A stretch of DNA of 63,452 bases, the filler included, from Octopus bimaculoides (Eukaryota): NCBI RefSeq assembly GCF_001194135.2. It is 8 parts of 7 records of this genome, joined end to end, with 100 filler letters (N's around TTAATTAATTAA, not from the genome) between each part and the next. Parts side by side here need not be neighbours in the genome. Positions count along the whole stretch, not along the records: positions 1 to 24,977 come from NC_068984.1; 7 more parts are not named here. One strand, 5' to 3'. The notes below the pieces were generated by a model. That model was not told where the DNA came from. It saw nothing but the letters and a program-made list of their open reading frames with translations, and ran no database searches. The translations under genes were made by a program, and so were the position numbers. Numbering within the stretch: position 1 is the first letter of the stretch; the number at the start of each line of letters is the position of its first letter. Shown piece after piece: positions 1 through 11,549 of this stretch.

Positions 1-47
<47 letters not shown>

Positions 48-175
48 CGTGGTTTAGTTCACAGATGATCTAAACGACTAGATACGCTGGGTAAGTGCTG
101 TAATGGATTACCAGGGCTCCAAGGTTATAGCTGAGATAGGAGTTATGGAACCATTGTAGATTTCTGATATAGCAG

Positions 176-410
176 ATATATAATTGTTAAAGAGTACAAC
201 AAATGTTAAGGCAAGACAAACATCTCAAGTCATATAAGTTATTATTATTGGAAAAATTCAAAGTCTTACAGCTGCTTCTGGGACATCCCATACTGTGGGA
301 TATCCCAGAAACAGTTGTAAGACTTGAAATTTTTCCAATAATAATAACGTATATGACATGAGATGTTTGTCTTGCCTTAATGTCTGTTGTCTTCTTTAAC
401 AGTTATATAT
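176..410. repeat. Fold-back palindrome with about 115-bp arms and a 3-nt loop
   Basis: Arms such as attattattggaaaaattcaaagtcttacagctgcttctgggacatccca / tgggatatcccagaaacagttgtaagacttgaaatttttccaataataat; TA-rich flanks. Confidence 0.9.
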
Positions 411-429
411 ATATATATATAATATATAT

Positions 430-660
430 ATATAAGTAGTTGTATGCTGTCAACTTAATGTGACAGTCCAATGAAGGGAATAATACGACTGCTATTTAGC
501 TCTAGGAAGCAGCACCGCTTCCTGTCGACCTTGACACATTTTCTGTGTCCTTATGTTTACAAGAGGGAGACAAGCACCTCCACTTAGCTAAGCCTCCATC
601 CAGAGACATGTTTCTGAGTCTTTGTTCGTCATCAGTCTTGAGTAGCAATGGCCTGCCTGT
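430..660 (-). mobile_element. Probable Penelope-like pseudo-LTR fragment containing a hammerhead-like motif
   Basis: Abuts a (TA)n run and carries CTGATGA...GAAACATGTC on the minus strand (599-641). Family assignment is from recalled pattern only. Confidence 0.5.
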
Positions 661-1483
661 TGAAATCTTTATTACGATCACTACAGATCACACATAGATG
701 AGGAAGGCACAGGACAGACAATTATACAAAATAAATGAGATTGTGATTATATACAATTTTTGGTTTTAACAATTATGTACAATTTAAATAAATGAAATTA
801 AAATTAATGAGAACTTGATAAAAAATTTAGAAAACGTAAACTGATCCGTTTTTTGGTTATTATTTTAAAATTACACAGAAATTAAATTGATTTTTCATCC
901 TGATTGAATGGAAAACCTCACAAGGAATCAGTTTGTTGACTTTTCACCCCAAATAGGACTTAACCGAACACAACATTGCTGATTCATAAAATCTATATAC
1001 TTTAAAGTTGGTTTTCACACCCAACCCAGTTCTGCAGAATCAGTGTCACGACGGGAACGTATGCTTGGGAGTTTGACCAGCAGAGGTGATCAGGTTGCAC
1101 ATGCTGGCCCTTTCGACCCCCCCCCCCATCATCTAACCCCACTTGGCCCATGGGTTTGGAGCCCTTCCAGCAAGGAAAATAGAATGCCCAAAAGGGCTGC
1201 CAATCCTCTGTCAGAAGAGGTTATGTTCAGATCACAACTAAGTCTTAACATGAGCCTAAGCTAATCTAGCAAAAGGGGGCTCAGAAGCTTCTGAAAGGCA
1301 GCGACTAATCCCAATCTAAACCTAACCCCTCCTAGGGGTACTATCGGCCAAGACTGCATCGAAGATATGCATTGGAGAAGGTTGCCTCGGAGATCTGCAT
1401 TGAAGATCTACATTGGAGAAGGTTGCACCGAAGGCTTGCATGCTATATATAAATATATATGGTAGAGAATGTGACATATTGTG

Positions 1484-1521
<38 letters not shown>

Positions 1522-3193
1522 ATATGTCACATTCTCTACCATATATATTTATATATATATATATTTAATAACGAACCATGTAATTCACACTCTGGAAAAT
1601 TTATTTCTGTAAAATGTTGCAAGTGGGTAAAATTTCTGAGGCTTCTACCTCACCTCACCTTGTTTTTTGGACCCAAAATGAGTTTTGTAGCAGGAATTCA
1701 TTGAACGAAAAAAAAAATTTTCCAATGATTCCAGGATAGGGGGTCCCCCCTTGCCCTACCCCCCTTTTTTCCAAACCAAAATAAGGGATTTGCAGCATAT
1801 TAGGATGTCACGGTACTTGATTCCCCACAAAAAATCTGAGTTTTTTTCTTTTTCCTTAGTGAAAATCGTGCGGGTGTTAATCTAATTTACCTTGTTTTTC
1901 TTTCTTGCCATTGCTAGACAGGTGACTTAACTCATGTTAGCAAGCTTATGGATATCACTGTTATGGTTGAAAATCGATTTTTACCACTTCTGTGGGTGCC
2001 TTGGTGAAAATAAGTTGACAAAAACACAGCCATGATTGTGACCAATGTCCTAAAATTGGAGCGACATGTGTGCTAATTTGTGGACGTGCATAAATTACAT
2101 TCACATACACACACACATCCTGCCTTTTATAGATAAATAAAAAAAGTGATTTAAAATAAATATATTTTAATTGTGTGAGAAAGGATATATAATCTGGTTA
2201 TAAAATACAGTGTCTTTCAAAAACATCCTAAATTTGAAGACTACATCTCGTGTTTAAGAAAAAAGAAAGCATTTTACATTTTTATTTTTGATGAATGGTG
2301 TCACTTACTCCCCCACACTTCCACTCTGATATGGCAAGAAGAGGACTTAACTCATATTAGCCAAACTTCGAAATTGGTAAAAGTTATGGTTGAAAATCGA
2401 TTTTTACCGCTTAATCGATTTTCTCAGTAACTATGGGGGCTAGGAAAAAAAAAAACAAACCTCAGCACAATCTATGGACCTGTCTCCACCTGTGTGCTAT
2501 TTTTCATGTGAATCCTCCAAGCCATTTGGCTGTGAACCTCAAGACAAGAAAGAAAGAATACAAGAATACAATGATCGCCCATGTCTAATTTATATAATAG
2601 ATTATATTATATTATATATTATATCATATATTCATGTTGTATTGACCAGATTATTGGATGGTGTTATACACTGCTGGTCACAATGTGCTTCCTTGTATTG
2701 TATCATTTGAATGATTGCATCCCACTGGTCTGGTGGGCAAGCTAACATCTCTAAATGGAATGCTAATCTGTTGAAGGGTTAGCCATTTTCTGTTGAGTGG
2801 ACTGGAGTGACTTGAAATGAAGGGTTTTGCTCAAGAACAGAACACATTACTGCTCTGAGAATTGAGACCATGATCTTGTGATCCCAAGTGCAACACTCTG
2901 ACCACTAGGCCACATGCCCCACCTGTCTCTTTCTCATAAACACAATGGGTGAAAATGCAAAATTATGTAAAAATAATTGTAATATTTTTTGAAAAATTAA
3001 AATTCAAAAATGTAGTATTTCATTTAGATATAATGAATCTCTTTACATTACATTCTATAACCTGTGAAATATTTAAGAATATTTAATGTCTAGAACCAAA
3101 GTTGAACTGACCAGTCCTCATAAACTGACACCCTCATTGTTTTCCCAACCACAACAATATATATTAGTGATAGCGGTAGTATTAATACCAAGA

Positions 3194-3423
3194 GGTAATA
3201 TTTATCCCTACTTGAACATGCATGTTCTATTAGGACAAACTATGTTGTGGTAGGTACCTTGAAGAGAACTCCCATATTGGGGTTTTTGGTGCAAAATGCA
3301 CTCTTGAATAAACAGGGTGTATTTTGCACCAAAAAGCCAATTTGAGAGTTTCTCTCATAGTAACTACCACAGTATAGTTTGATCTAATAGAACATCCACA
3401 TTTAAGTGGGGATAAATATTACC
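3194..3423. repeat. Fold-back palindrome (about 110-bp arms, roughly 80% identical)
   Basis: ggtaatatttatcccta...tttttggtgcaaaatgcactc / gggtgtattttgcaccaaaaa...ggggataaatattacc. Confidence 0.88.
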
Positions 3424-3705
3424 AACCACAACACTTGCACTTTTGCTTATCGCTCTATCTGATTTTCATCACTATATCTTCTTGTCAACCTCTCTGGGCC
3501 CTGTCACTTAAGTTCTTGATTCAACACTCGTTACCTTATTGTTTCACCCATTTGTTACCATATTTAAGTTACAATCCCTGCCTTTTCTTCAATTAATTTT
3601 GAAAGCAATGCAGAATTTAATAAAATAATTTTACCAATTATTAAAATGGTGTCTGGAACAAAATATGAAATTTTTATGGAAAGTTTGTAATTTATGACAC
3701 TTTAA

Positions 3706-3923
3706 CCCTTTAGTATTTAAACTGGCTATATCCAGCCCAAATATTGTACCAGTTTTATGTTCAAACTGGTCAGATGTGGACTCTCACACCTATCTTACAC
3801 TATCATTCTAAAATTTAACAGTTACCTCATCAAAATCTCAAAGCTACAAGATAATGCATGATTAATTAAAGACGGTGAATAAATAAGCATTACTTTTGAC
3901 TGAATAATGTGAATGCTAAAGGG
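3706..3923 (-). mobile_element. piggyBac-type MITE, same family as 14096-14317 (+) and 13442-13601
   Basis: TTAA|ccctttag...aatgctaaaggg|TGAA; interior is the reverse complement of the 14096 copy. Confidence 0.8.
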
Positions 3924-4025
3924 TGAAACAAGAAGTTTGTAGCACAGAACTAAGGGCAGTCTGAGATGTGTTGGCATCAAAAGGGTTAAAACACCTTAGA
4001 TTTTCATTTAAATTCCTTACTGAAC

Positions 4026-4670
4026 ACATCATCATCATCACCAACATTTAACATCTGCTTTCCATCCTGGCATGGGTTGGATGGTTTGACTGAAAACTGT
4101 TAAGCTGGGGAGCTGCACCAGGTTCCAATCTGATTTGGCATGGATTCTATAGCTGGATGCCCTTTCCTAATGCCAATTACTCCAAGAGTGTAGTGGGTGC
4201 TTTTTACATGCCACCAGCATTGGTACCATTGACATGACACTGGCATTGGCCATGACTACGATCTCACTTTGCTTGACAGAACTTCACAATCATGTATATA
4301 TCACCAAAGATCTTGGTCACCTGTTACTGCCTCTGTAAGACCCAACGCTTGAACAGTGCTTTTTATGTGCCACCAGCACAGGTGCCAGTCTGATGGCACT
4401 GGTCTTAGCTATGACTACAATTTCACTTGGCTTGACAGGTCTTCTTAAGCACAGCATATTGCCCAACGTTTGAAGGGTGTTTTTTACATGCCAGTTGTAT
4501 GATACCATCATCGGCCATGACTGTGATCTCACTTGGCTTGATGGGTCTTTTCAAGCATGGCACATTGCCAAAAGTCTCAGTTACTTGCCATTGCCTCTGT
4601 GAGGCCCAACATTCAAAGGTCATGCTTCACCATCTCGTCCCATGTCTACCTCTTCTACAGGTTCTCTCCA
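4026..4670 (-). mobile_element. Older RTE 3'-end relic with internal repeats
   Basis: Same (GAT)n tail and UTR motifs. Three copies of the tcacttggcttgac.ggtctt.tcaagca ORF-end motif near 4265, 4423 and 4529. Confidence 0.7.
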
Positions 4671-4709
4671 CTGTTGGGGTGCAGCACTTTATTGATCTTG
4701 TGATTTAAA

Positions 4710-7025
4710 ACCTATAATGTACCTCTTAATTTAAAATCAGTGCATAGGTAGCATGCCCTATAGCATTAATTTTCATTTAGTTAATATTGGGTTTCAGTCA
4801 TTATAGATACAAGCTAATTAAGTAAATAAACAATTTTAGTTTTAAATACTTGAATTATTACATATTTTCTATAAATCTTCTTTATTGAAGTTACTAAGTC
4901 GTATATATACTTTATCATGATTTTAGTGATTAGGCTATTTTATATCCTTTTCTATGGTGTTTCTACCCTACCTGATCATTTAAATACTTTATAATTGCCT
5001 CTAGTGGAGGCGCAATGGCCCAGTGGTTAGGGCAGCGGACTCGCGGTCATAGGATCGCGGTTTCGATTCCCAGACCTGGCGTTGTGAGTGTTTATTGAAC
5101 GAAAACACCTAAAGCTCCACGAGGCTCTGGCAGGGGATGGTGGCGAACCCTGCTGTATTCTATTGCCACAACTTTATCTCACTCTTACTTCCTGTTTCTG
5201 TTGTGCCTGTAATTCAAAGGGTCAGCCTTGTCACACTGTGTCACACTGAATATCCCTGAGAACTACGTTAAGGGTACACGTGTCTGTGGAGTGCTCAACC
5301 ACTTGCACATTAATTTCACGAGCAGGTTGTTCCATTGATCGGATCAACTGGAACCCTCGATGTCGTAAGCGACGGAATGCCAACAACAACAATTGCCTCT
5401 AGACAAACCTAAATTTTTGTACCCCTATAAATTCATACTTACCTTATAATATACAATTATGGGTATCTTCGTAACTTAAAATTAAATGGCTTAGATTACA
5501 ATTTAACTAATTTATAGTAAAGTTTGGTCTCTCACCTCAATGATAAATCTACCTGATGACCCTAAATTTTAACTTTACCCAATAATGGCATATTGTTTTG
5601 CTTAAATTATTATACATTTTCTATAGATATTTGCTATTGAAGTTAATAAGGTAGGGATATTTTTTTTTATTGTTTTAGTGATTAGGCTGTCTTTATTCCT
5701 TTTCTATGATGCTCTACCCTAACTGATAATTTTATTGTTATTATTATTATTTTATAGTTGCCTTAGATAAATCTAATCCTCGTTCCCCTATTATTTAATT
5801 CTTAGCCTATATAAGGTAATACCAGTATCTCAACAACTTAAAATAGTTCAATTTAATTAAATCAGTATACAATTAACATGTTTTTTAACCTCAGTTGGTC
5901 CATTATTATATACCAGATAAATCCAATTGATCAATCTTTATAGAAACCATATAATAAATCAATATTTAGATAAGTAATAAGTAAATAAATATTAAACTAT
6001 TTTCTTTGCAACTTTCTTTTCCTCACTCTGTTGTGGTAAAAATATTTTGGTATATACTCATAATATTCATAGAAATCCTTTTGTTAAAGTTTCATTCTTA
6101 ATAATCTTCTTGATTACCCTGAATTTTAACTTTGTACAATAAGACAATATTGTTTGAAATGATATTTAGAAATTACTTGATTTATCTCTTTTTTGAATGG
6201 CTCTACCCTCCTGATCTTAGTATTTTATAAAGGCCTTTATATAAATAACCCTTCTAAACAAGTACCACTAAGAAACTATAAATATCATGTAAGGAGTAAC
6301 AATAATAACTTCTTAAACCTATAATATAATCCCTCAGTTTATATATAGAGAGATTAGTGTAAAATATGAATGTTCCATAACTTAAATATTCCTTTAACTG
6401 ATATTCCTTTAACATCAGTCTTTTATTGATATTAGCTAAATAAGTAAATATATAATTTTTAGTCCAATATATTTTGAATTATTATACTTTTTCTATAAAT
6501 CATCTCTATTGGTGTTAATAAGCTAAATATACTTTACCATAGCATTAGTAATTAAGCTATTTTATTTCTATGGTATTCTGCCCTAATTGATTATTTTATT
6601 TTATTTCTTTATTAATTTATAATTAGCCTTTATTTATTCATAAAATTAAGCTAATCTTTGTATCTCTATAAATTCATACTTAGCTTATATAAAACTATAC
6701 TAGTATATAAAAAAAAATTATATATTAATTTTATTAATATATAATTAGAATGTTCTTTTAACTCAATACTCCTTTATTAATATCAGTATATACCAATTAA
6801 TCAATATTCACAGATACCATCTGATGAGTTAGTATTTGATTGTACAATATGTATAAATATTAAACTATTTCTGAATAATTTCTTTTCCTCCCTAAAGTTT
6901 GGTATACACTCAAAAGTATCCATAAATTTCTATCCGTTTGTTAATATATTCTTCTTAATAACCCTCTGAATAGCCATAAACTTTAACTGTATACAATATA
7001 GCAACATCGTTTTAAAACATTTAAC
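4710..7025. repeat. AT-rich mosaic of diverged, reshuffled modules
   Basis: Module gaattatta...ttttctata...gattaggct...ctaccct recurs near 4850, 5605 and 6470. Module aaatattaaactattt...ttggtata recurs near 5985 and 6855. Module aattttaact...caata...attgttt recurs near 5560, 6120 and 6975. Confidence 0.75.
5005..5390 (+). mobile_element. tRNA-derived SINE family A, full length
   Basis: A-box tggcccagtggttagg, B-box gtttcgattccc, (CAA)n tail. 12-bp TSD aattgcctctag (4993-5004 / 5391-5402). Confidence 0.9.
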
Positions 7026-7954
7026 TATAGTACTAGACTTTCCCTGTTCCATTACCAATGGTCCACTAGTGGGCGACTCCCTTAGTTGTCAGCCAGCATC
7101 TTGTTTTAAGTTTTCCTTTACCAAACCTTATGATTTATATGACTATACCAACTATGATTTCTATCTGCTCTCTCAGCCCCCTTTACCCCTTTATTCTCTC
7201 AGCCTTAGATATACAAGGTTTGATAAACTATTCTATAAATTAAAACTGACCCTATAGAAACAAATAAAATCAGTGACAGGCAGAGTCTTCTCGGCAATTT
7301 ATTAACTTCTATGTTGTAGTAGAGGCAACATGTTCTTTGTCTATCTCCTTAACTTCTTGGAGATTTTAGGTATAATTATACTAATGTGTCCATCTGTTCT
7401 AATTTAATTAAATTCTATGTCTTTGTGCAGCTGAGGATTGCTCTGCATTTTGAATTGATGTAATGATTGCATTGTTCAATTAAATGGAGTTGCATGAAAC
7501 GATCGTACTGCATTACCTCTGGATATCCTTGTTGCTTATTTTGATTATAAATATATATATATTTGCTTAAATGTATATATATAAATATATATATATACAC
7601 ATATACATATTCATATATATATATGTATAAATATATATATATATAAATATATATATACACATATACATATACACACATACACACACATATATATATATAT
7701 ATATANNNNNNNNNNNNNNNNNNNNNNNNNNNNNNNNNNNNNNNNNNNNNNNNNNNNNNNNNNNNNNNNNNNNNNNNNNNNNNNNNNNNNNNNNNNNNNN
7801 NNNNNAGATCTGGCAATTGAAAATTGCGAAAAAAACAAAAAAAAAATGAAAAAAAAAATTGAATGAACAAGTTAATAATGGCAGAGTTTTGTTGTTGTTA
7901 TTACTATTATTATTCTAGTTTATTATTACTATATTAGTTTATTATTACTATTAC

Positions 7955-7991
<37 letters not shown>

Positions 7992-8846
7992 GACCTTTTA
8001 ACTGGAATAGCTTAAATGTCTCTGTTGATGCATTTATTTTGCAGTTCTATTTTGCTGCATGACATCTGGGATTTAAAGAAAAAAAAAATTATTTATTATT
8101 TTTTGTTTGTTTTTTTCTTTTCTTTTCTTTTTTTTTTCGTTGACTTTAGGATTTGATGTTCTTTAATACATCATTGAATTAATGGTCCAATTATTCTATA
8201 GCAGATCATTGAATTAATAAGAGTATCATTCACGTAATGATTCAATGACCTCTAATGTACCGTTAATGCAGTCAGTGGTATGTAAATGTTCTTTCTAGTG
8301 TATCATTGAATCAGGGAGTCAAATGTACTGTAGTTGTATCATCAGCTCAGGGTTGGGGGGTGGGGGTGCAATGTCCCGTTGAACCTGTAATTCAATGTTC
8401 GCTCTGTTAAAAATTACATCAACGATTCAATGGTTTCTATTGAATCACTGAATCAGTGATCTGAATTATTGTCTAGTGCATCAAGGACCTATGATTCCCT
8501 AATGTATCAATAAATATCTCTGAGCTGAGTTCCCTCAGTGCATTAGTGTAGCAGTGATCTGATGCCATCTAGTGCATGTTACATTCTGGACATTATATAA
8601 GTTGAGGTTAAACTGTATAGTTAAGTATGTTCAACTCACTTTGCTAGGGAATACTTTTGTACATGTCTTGCAAATTGATGCCCTTCTCAGACGGAGCTGA
8701 ATAATAATAATAAAGAATTCTATTGACTTCATGTCTTTTTTGTCTTTTCTCTTTTTCTCTTTTTTTTTTGTTTTGCTTTCTTCAGTAATTTACATACATG
8801 CTCAAATTATATATTATTTAAATTATTTTCCTTTTATACTGCTTAG

Positions 8847-8885
8847 ACACTGCTGGAAGGAGCGTGTTTATAACCATAATCTAAG
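8847..8885 (+). other. Candidate 39-nt exon
   Basis: Acceptor ttttccttttatactgcttag| and donor TAAG|gtaaat; phase 2-2 frame HCWKERVYNHNL; product not recognised. Confidence 0.25.
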
Positions 8886-9297
8886 GTAAATGGAGGAAGT
8901 TATCCTTGATGCAGAGACCTGATAGGAATGCATACTTTTATATATATATGTGTGTGAAGGTACATGATGCAGTGCTTAAAACATTGGGCTTCCAATCATG
9001 AAGTAGTGAGTTCAATTCCCAAACCAGGCTATGTGTTTTGTTCTTGAGCAAGACACTTTATTTCATGTTGCTCCAGTTCACTTGGCTGTTGAAATGAGTT
9101 GCGATGTCACTGGTGCCAAGCTGTATTGTTCTTTGTCTTTCCCTTGGACAACATTGGTAGTATGGAGAGGAGAGTTTGGTATGCATGGATGGCTGCTAGT
9201 CTTCCATACACAACCTTGCCCAGACGTGCCTCAGCGGGGGAACTTTCTAGGTGCGATCCTATGGTCATTCATGACTGAAGGGGGTCTTTACCCTTTT

Positions 9298-9328
<31 letters not shown>

Positions 9329-9735
9329 GATAGGATTGCTTCAATATTTCAGGGGTAGTCTGAAGTATCTAAGCAACCAGGGGATAGTTAAATCCGAAGC
9401 CACTCCTGGAGATTACTTGTGTGGGTAGCGTCTTTGTTAGAAGGTATCCAGAGGCAGATGATTTATTATTTAAACCGCAGTTTATAATTATAATTAAGTG
9501 GAGAATGGAGAAACAAACACAAGAAGCAAGTCAATTGGACTAGTTAGCCATTGATTTAATTATGTGGAGATTATATAATGAGTCATTTACGATCGTTTCG
9601 ATGTGCCAAATGGTTTGGCAGATCTCTTCAGAATGTTGAGAAGTATGTTAAAGTTCATGGTGTGAGAGATGCAGGAATAACAGTTAGTGGATATAGTAAT
9701 GCATATAGTGGTATAAGAATAGAGTTAGGTATATA

Positions 9736-10698
9736 TCATCATCATCATCATCGTCGTTTAACATCCGCTTTCAATGCCAGCATGGGTTGGACGATTTGAC
9801 TGAGGACTGGTGAAACCAGATGGCTACACCAGGCTCCAATCTGATTTGGCAGAGTTTCTACAGCTGGATGCCCTTCCTAACGCCAACCACTCAGAGAGTG
9901 TAGTAGGTGCTTTTACGTGCCACCCGCATGAAGGCCAGTCAGGCGGTACTGGCAACAGCCACGCTCAAAATGGTGTATTTTATGTGCCACCTGCACAAGA
10001 GCCAGTCCAGGGGCACTGGCAACGATCTCGCTCGAAAGTCCTTACACATGCTGCGGGCACAAGTTCCAGAAAGGCGATGCTGGGCACAGGTGCCATTACA
10101 ATTTCGCTTTCGCTTGCCCCAATAAGTCTTCGCAAGCTGAGTTTCATGTCCAATGAGGGAGACGACGTTGGCATGGGTGCCAGATGTCGAATTTAGTTCG
10201 AATTCACTTGCCTCAAAAGGTCTTCGCAAGTGGAGTTTAGTGTCCAATGAAGGGAGGAAGGTACGCATAAGTGGACTGGCTGAGGCCTTAGATTTAGGTC
10301 TCACTTGGCTTGCCGGGCCTTCTCACGCACAGCACATTTCCAATTGGCAGAGTTTCTACAGCTTATGTGCCACCCGCACAAGAGCCAGACCAGGGGCACT
10401 GGCAATGATCTCTCTCGAAAGTCCTTACACATGCCGCCGGCACAAGTGCCAGAAAGGCGACGCTGGACACAGGTGCATTCACGATTTCGCTTTCCCCAAT
10501 AAGTCTTCGCAAGCTGAGTTTCGTGTCCAATGAAGGAGACAACGTTGGCATGGGGGCCAGTCGTCGAATTTAACTCGATTTCGATTTCACTTGCCTCAAC
10601 AGGTCTTCGCACGTGGAGTTTAGTGTCCAATTTACTCAATTTCGATTTCACTTGAGACGACGTTGGCATAGGTGCCAGTCGTCGAATTTAACTCGATA
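9736..10698 (-). mobile_element. Rearranged RTE 3' UTR composite (two partial copies joined)
   Basis: Contains the ORF2 end AVREKARQAK* (stop at 10301), a (GAT)n tail at 9736-9752 and a duplicated UTR block at about 10345-10698. Confidence 0.8.
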
Positions 10699-11114
10699 AT
10701 AGGCACAGGTATGTGTATGGTACTAAGTTTACTTCTTAACCTCATGGTTCTGAGTTCAGTTCCACTCTGTGGCACCTTCGGTCAACCAATACCTTGTGAG
10801 TTGATACTGTAGATGGAAACTGAAAAGAAGCATATTGTATATATATTTATGTATGTATGCGTGTGTGTCTTTGTGTTTGTCCCTCACCACTGCTTGACAA
10901 ATGGTTTTAGTTTGTTTATGTCCCCATAACTTAGCAGTTTGGCCAAAGAGACTGATAGAATAAGTATCAGGTTTTAAGAAATAAGTACTGAGGTTGATTC
11001 ATTTGACTAAAACCTTTCAAGCCAGTGATCTAGTATGGCGACAGTCCAATGGTTGAAGTAAGTACAAGGTAAAACACACACACACATGCACACACACACA
11101 CACACACACATATC

Positions 11115-11319
11115 TCTTTTACTCTTTTACTTGTTTCAGTCATTTGACTGCGACCATGCTGGAGCACCGCCTTTAGTCGAGCAAATCGACCCCAGGACTT
11201 ATTCTTTGTAAGCCTAGTACTTATTCTATCGATCTCTTTTGCCGAACCGCTAAGTTACGGGGACATAAACACACCAGCATCGGTTGTCAAGCGATATTGG
11301 GGGGGACAAACATGCACAC

Positions 11320-11380
<61 letters not shown>

Positions 11381-11540
11381 ACAAGCTTCTTTCAGTTTCC
11401 GTCTACCAAATCCACTCACAAGTCTTTGGTCGGCCCGAGGCTATAGTAGAAGACACTTGCCCAAGGTACCATGCAGTGGGACTGAACCTGGAATCATGTG
11501 GTTGGTAAGCAAGCTACTTACCACACAGCCACTTCTGTGT
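11115..11540 (-). mobile_element. SINE family C (tRNA-like head, CORE-like gcaccttgggcaagtgtctt, internal microsatellite)
   Basis: Further copies at 10700-11072 (+), 16135-16660 (-), 25298-25400 (-), 37225-37730 (-), 49490-50080 (-), 57600-57832 (+) and 61808-62150 (+). Confidence 0.88.
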
Positions 11541-11549
11541 CTATATATA

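Noticed and set aside
63-90. cagatgat-ctaaacgactag-atacgc, a possible second decayed hammerhead
   Set aside because: Both core boxes are mutated and there is no stem I; too degenerate to claim.
5005-5080. tRNA-like A/B boxes at SINE heads
   Set aside because: No cloverleaf or acceptor stem, and they continue into a SINE body with TSDs; not tRNA genes.
4710-7025. Possible NUMT of the mitochondrial control region
   Set aside because: No adjacent mitochondrial tRNA, rRNA or CDS sequence; the modular repeats are better explained as a nuclear repeat.
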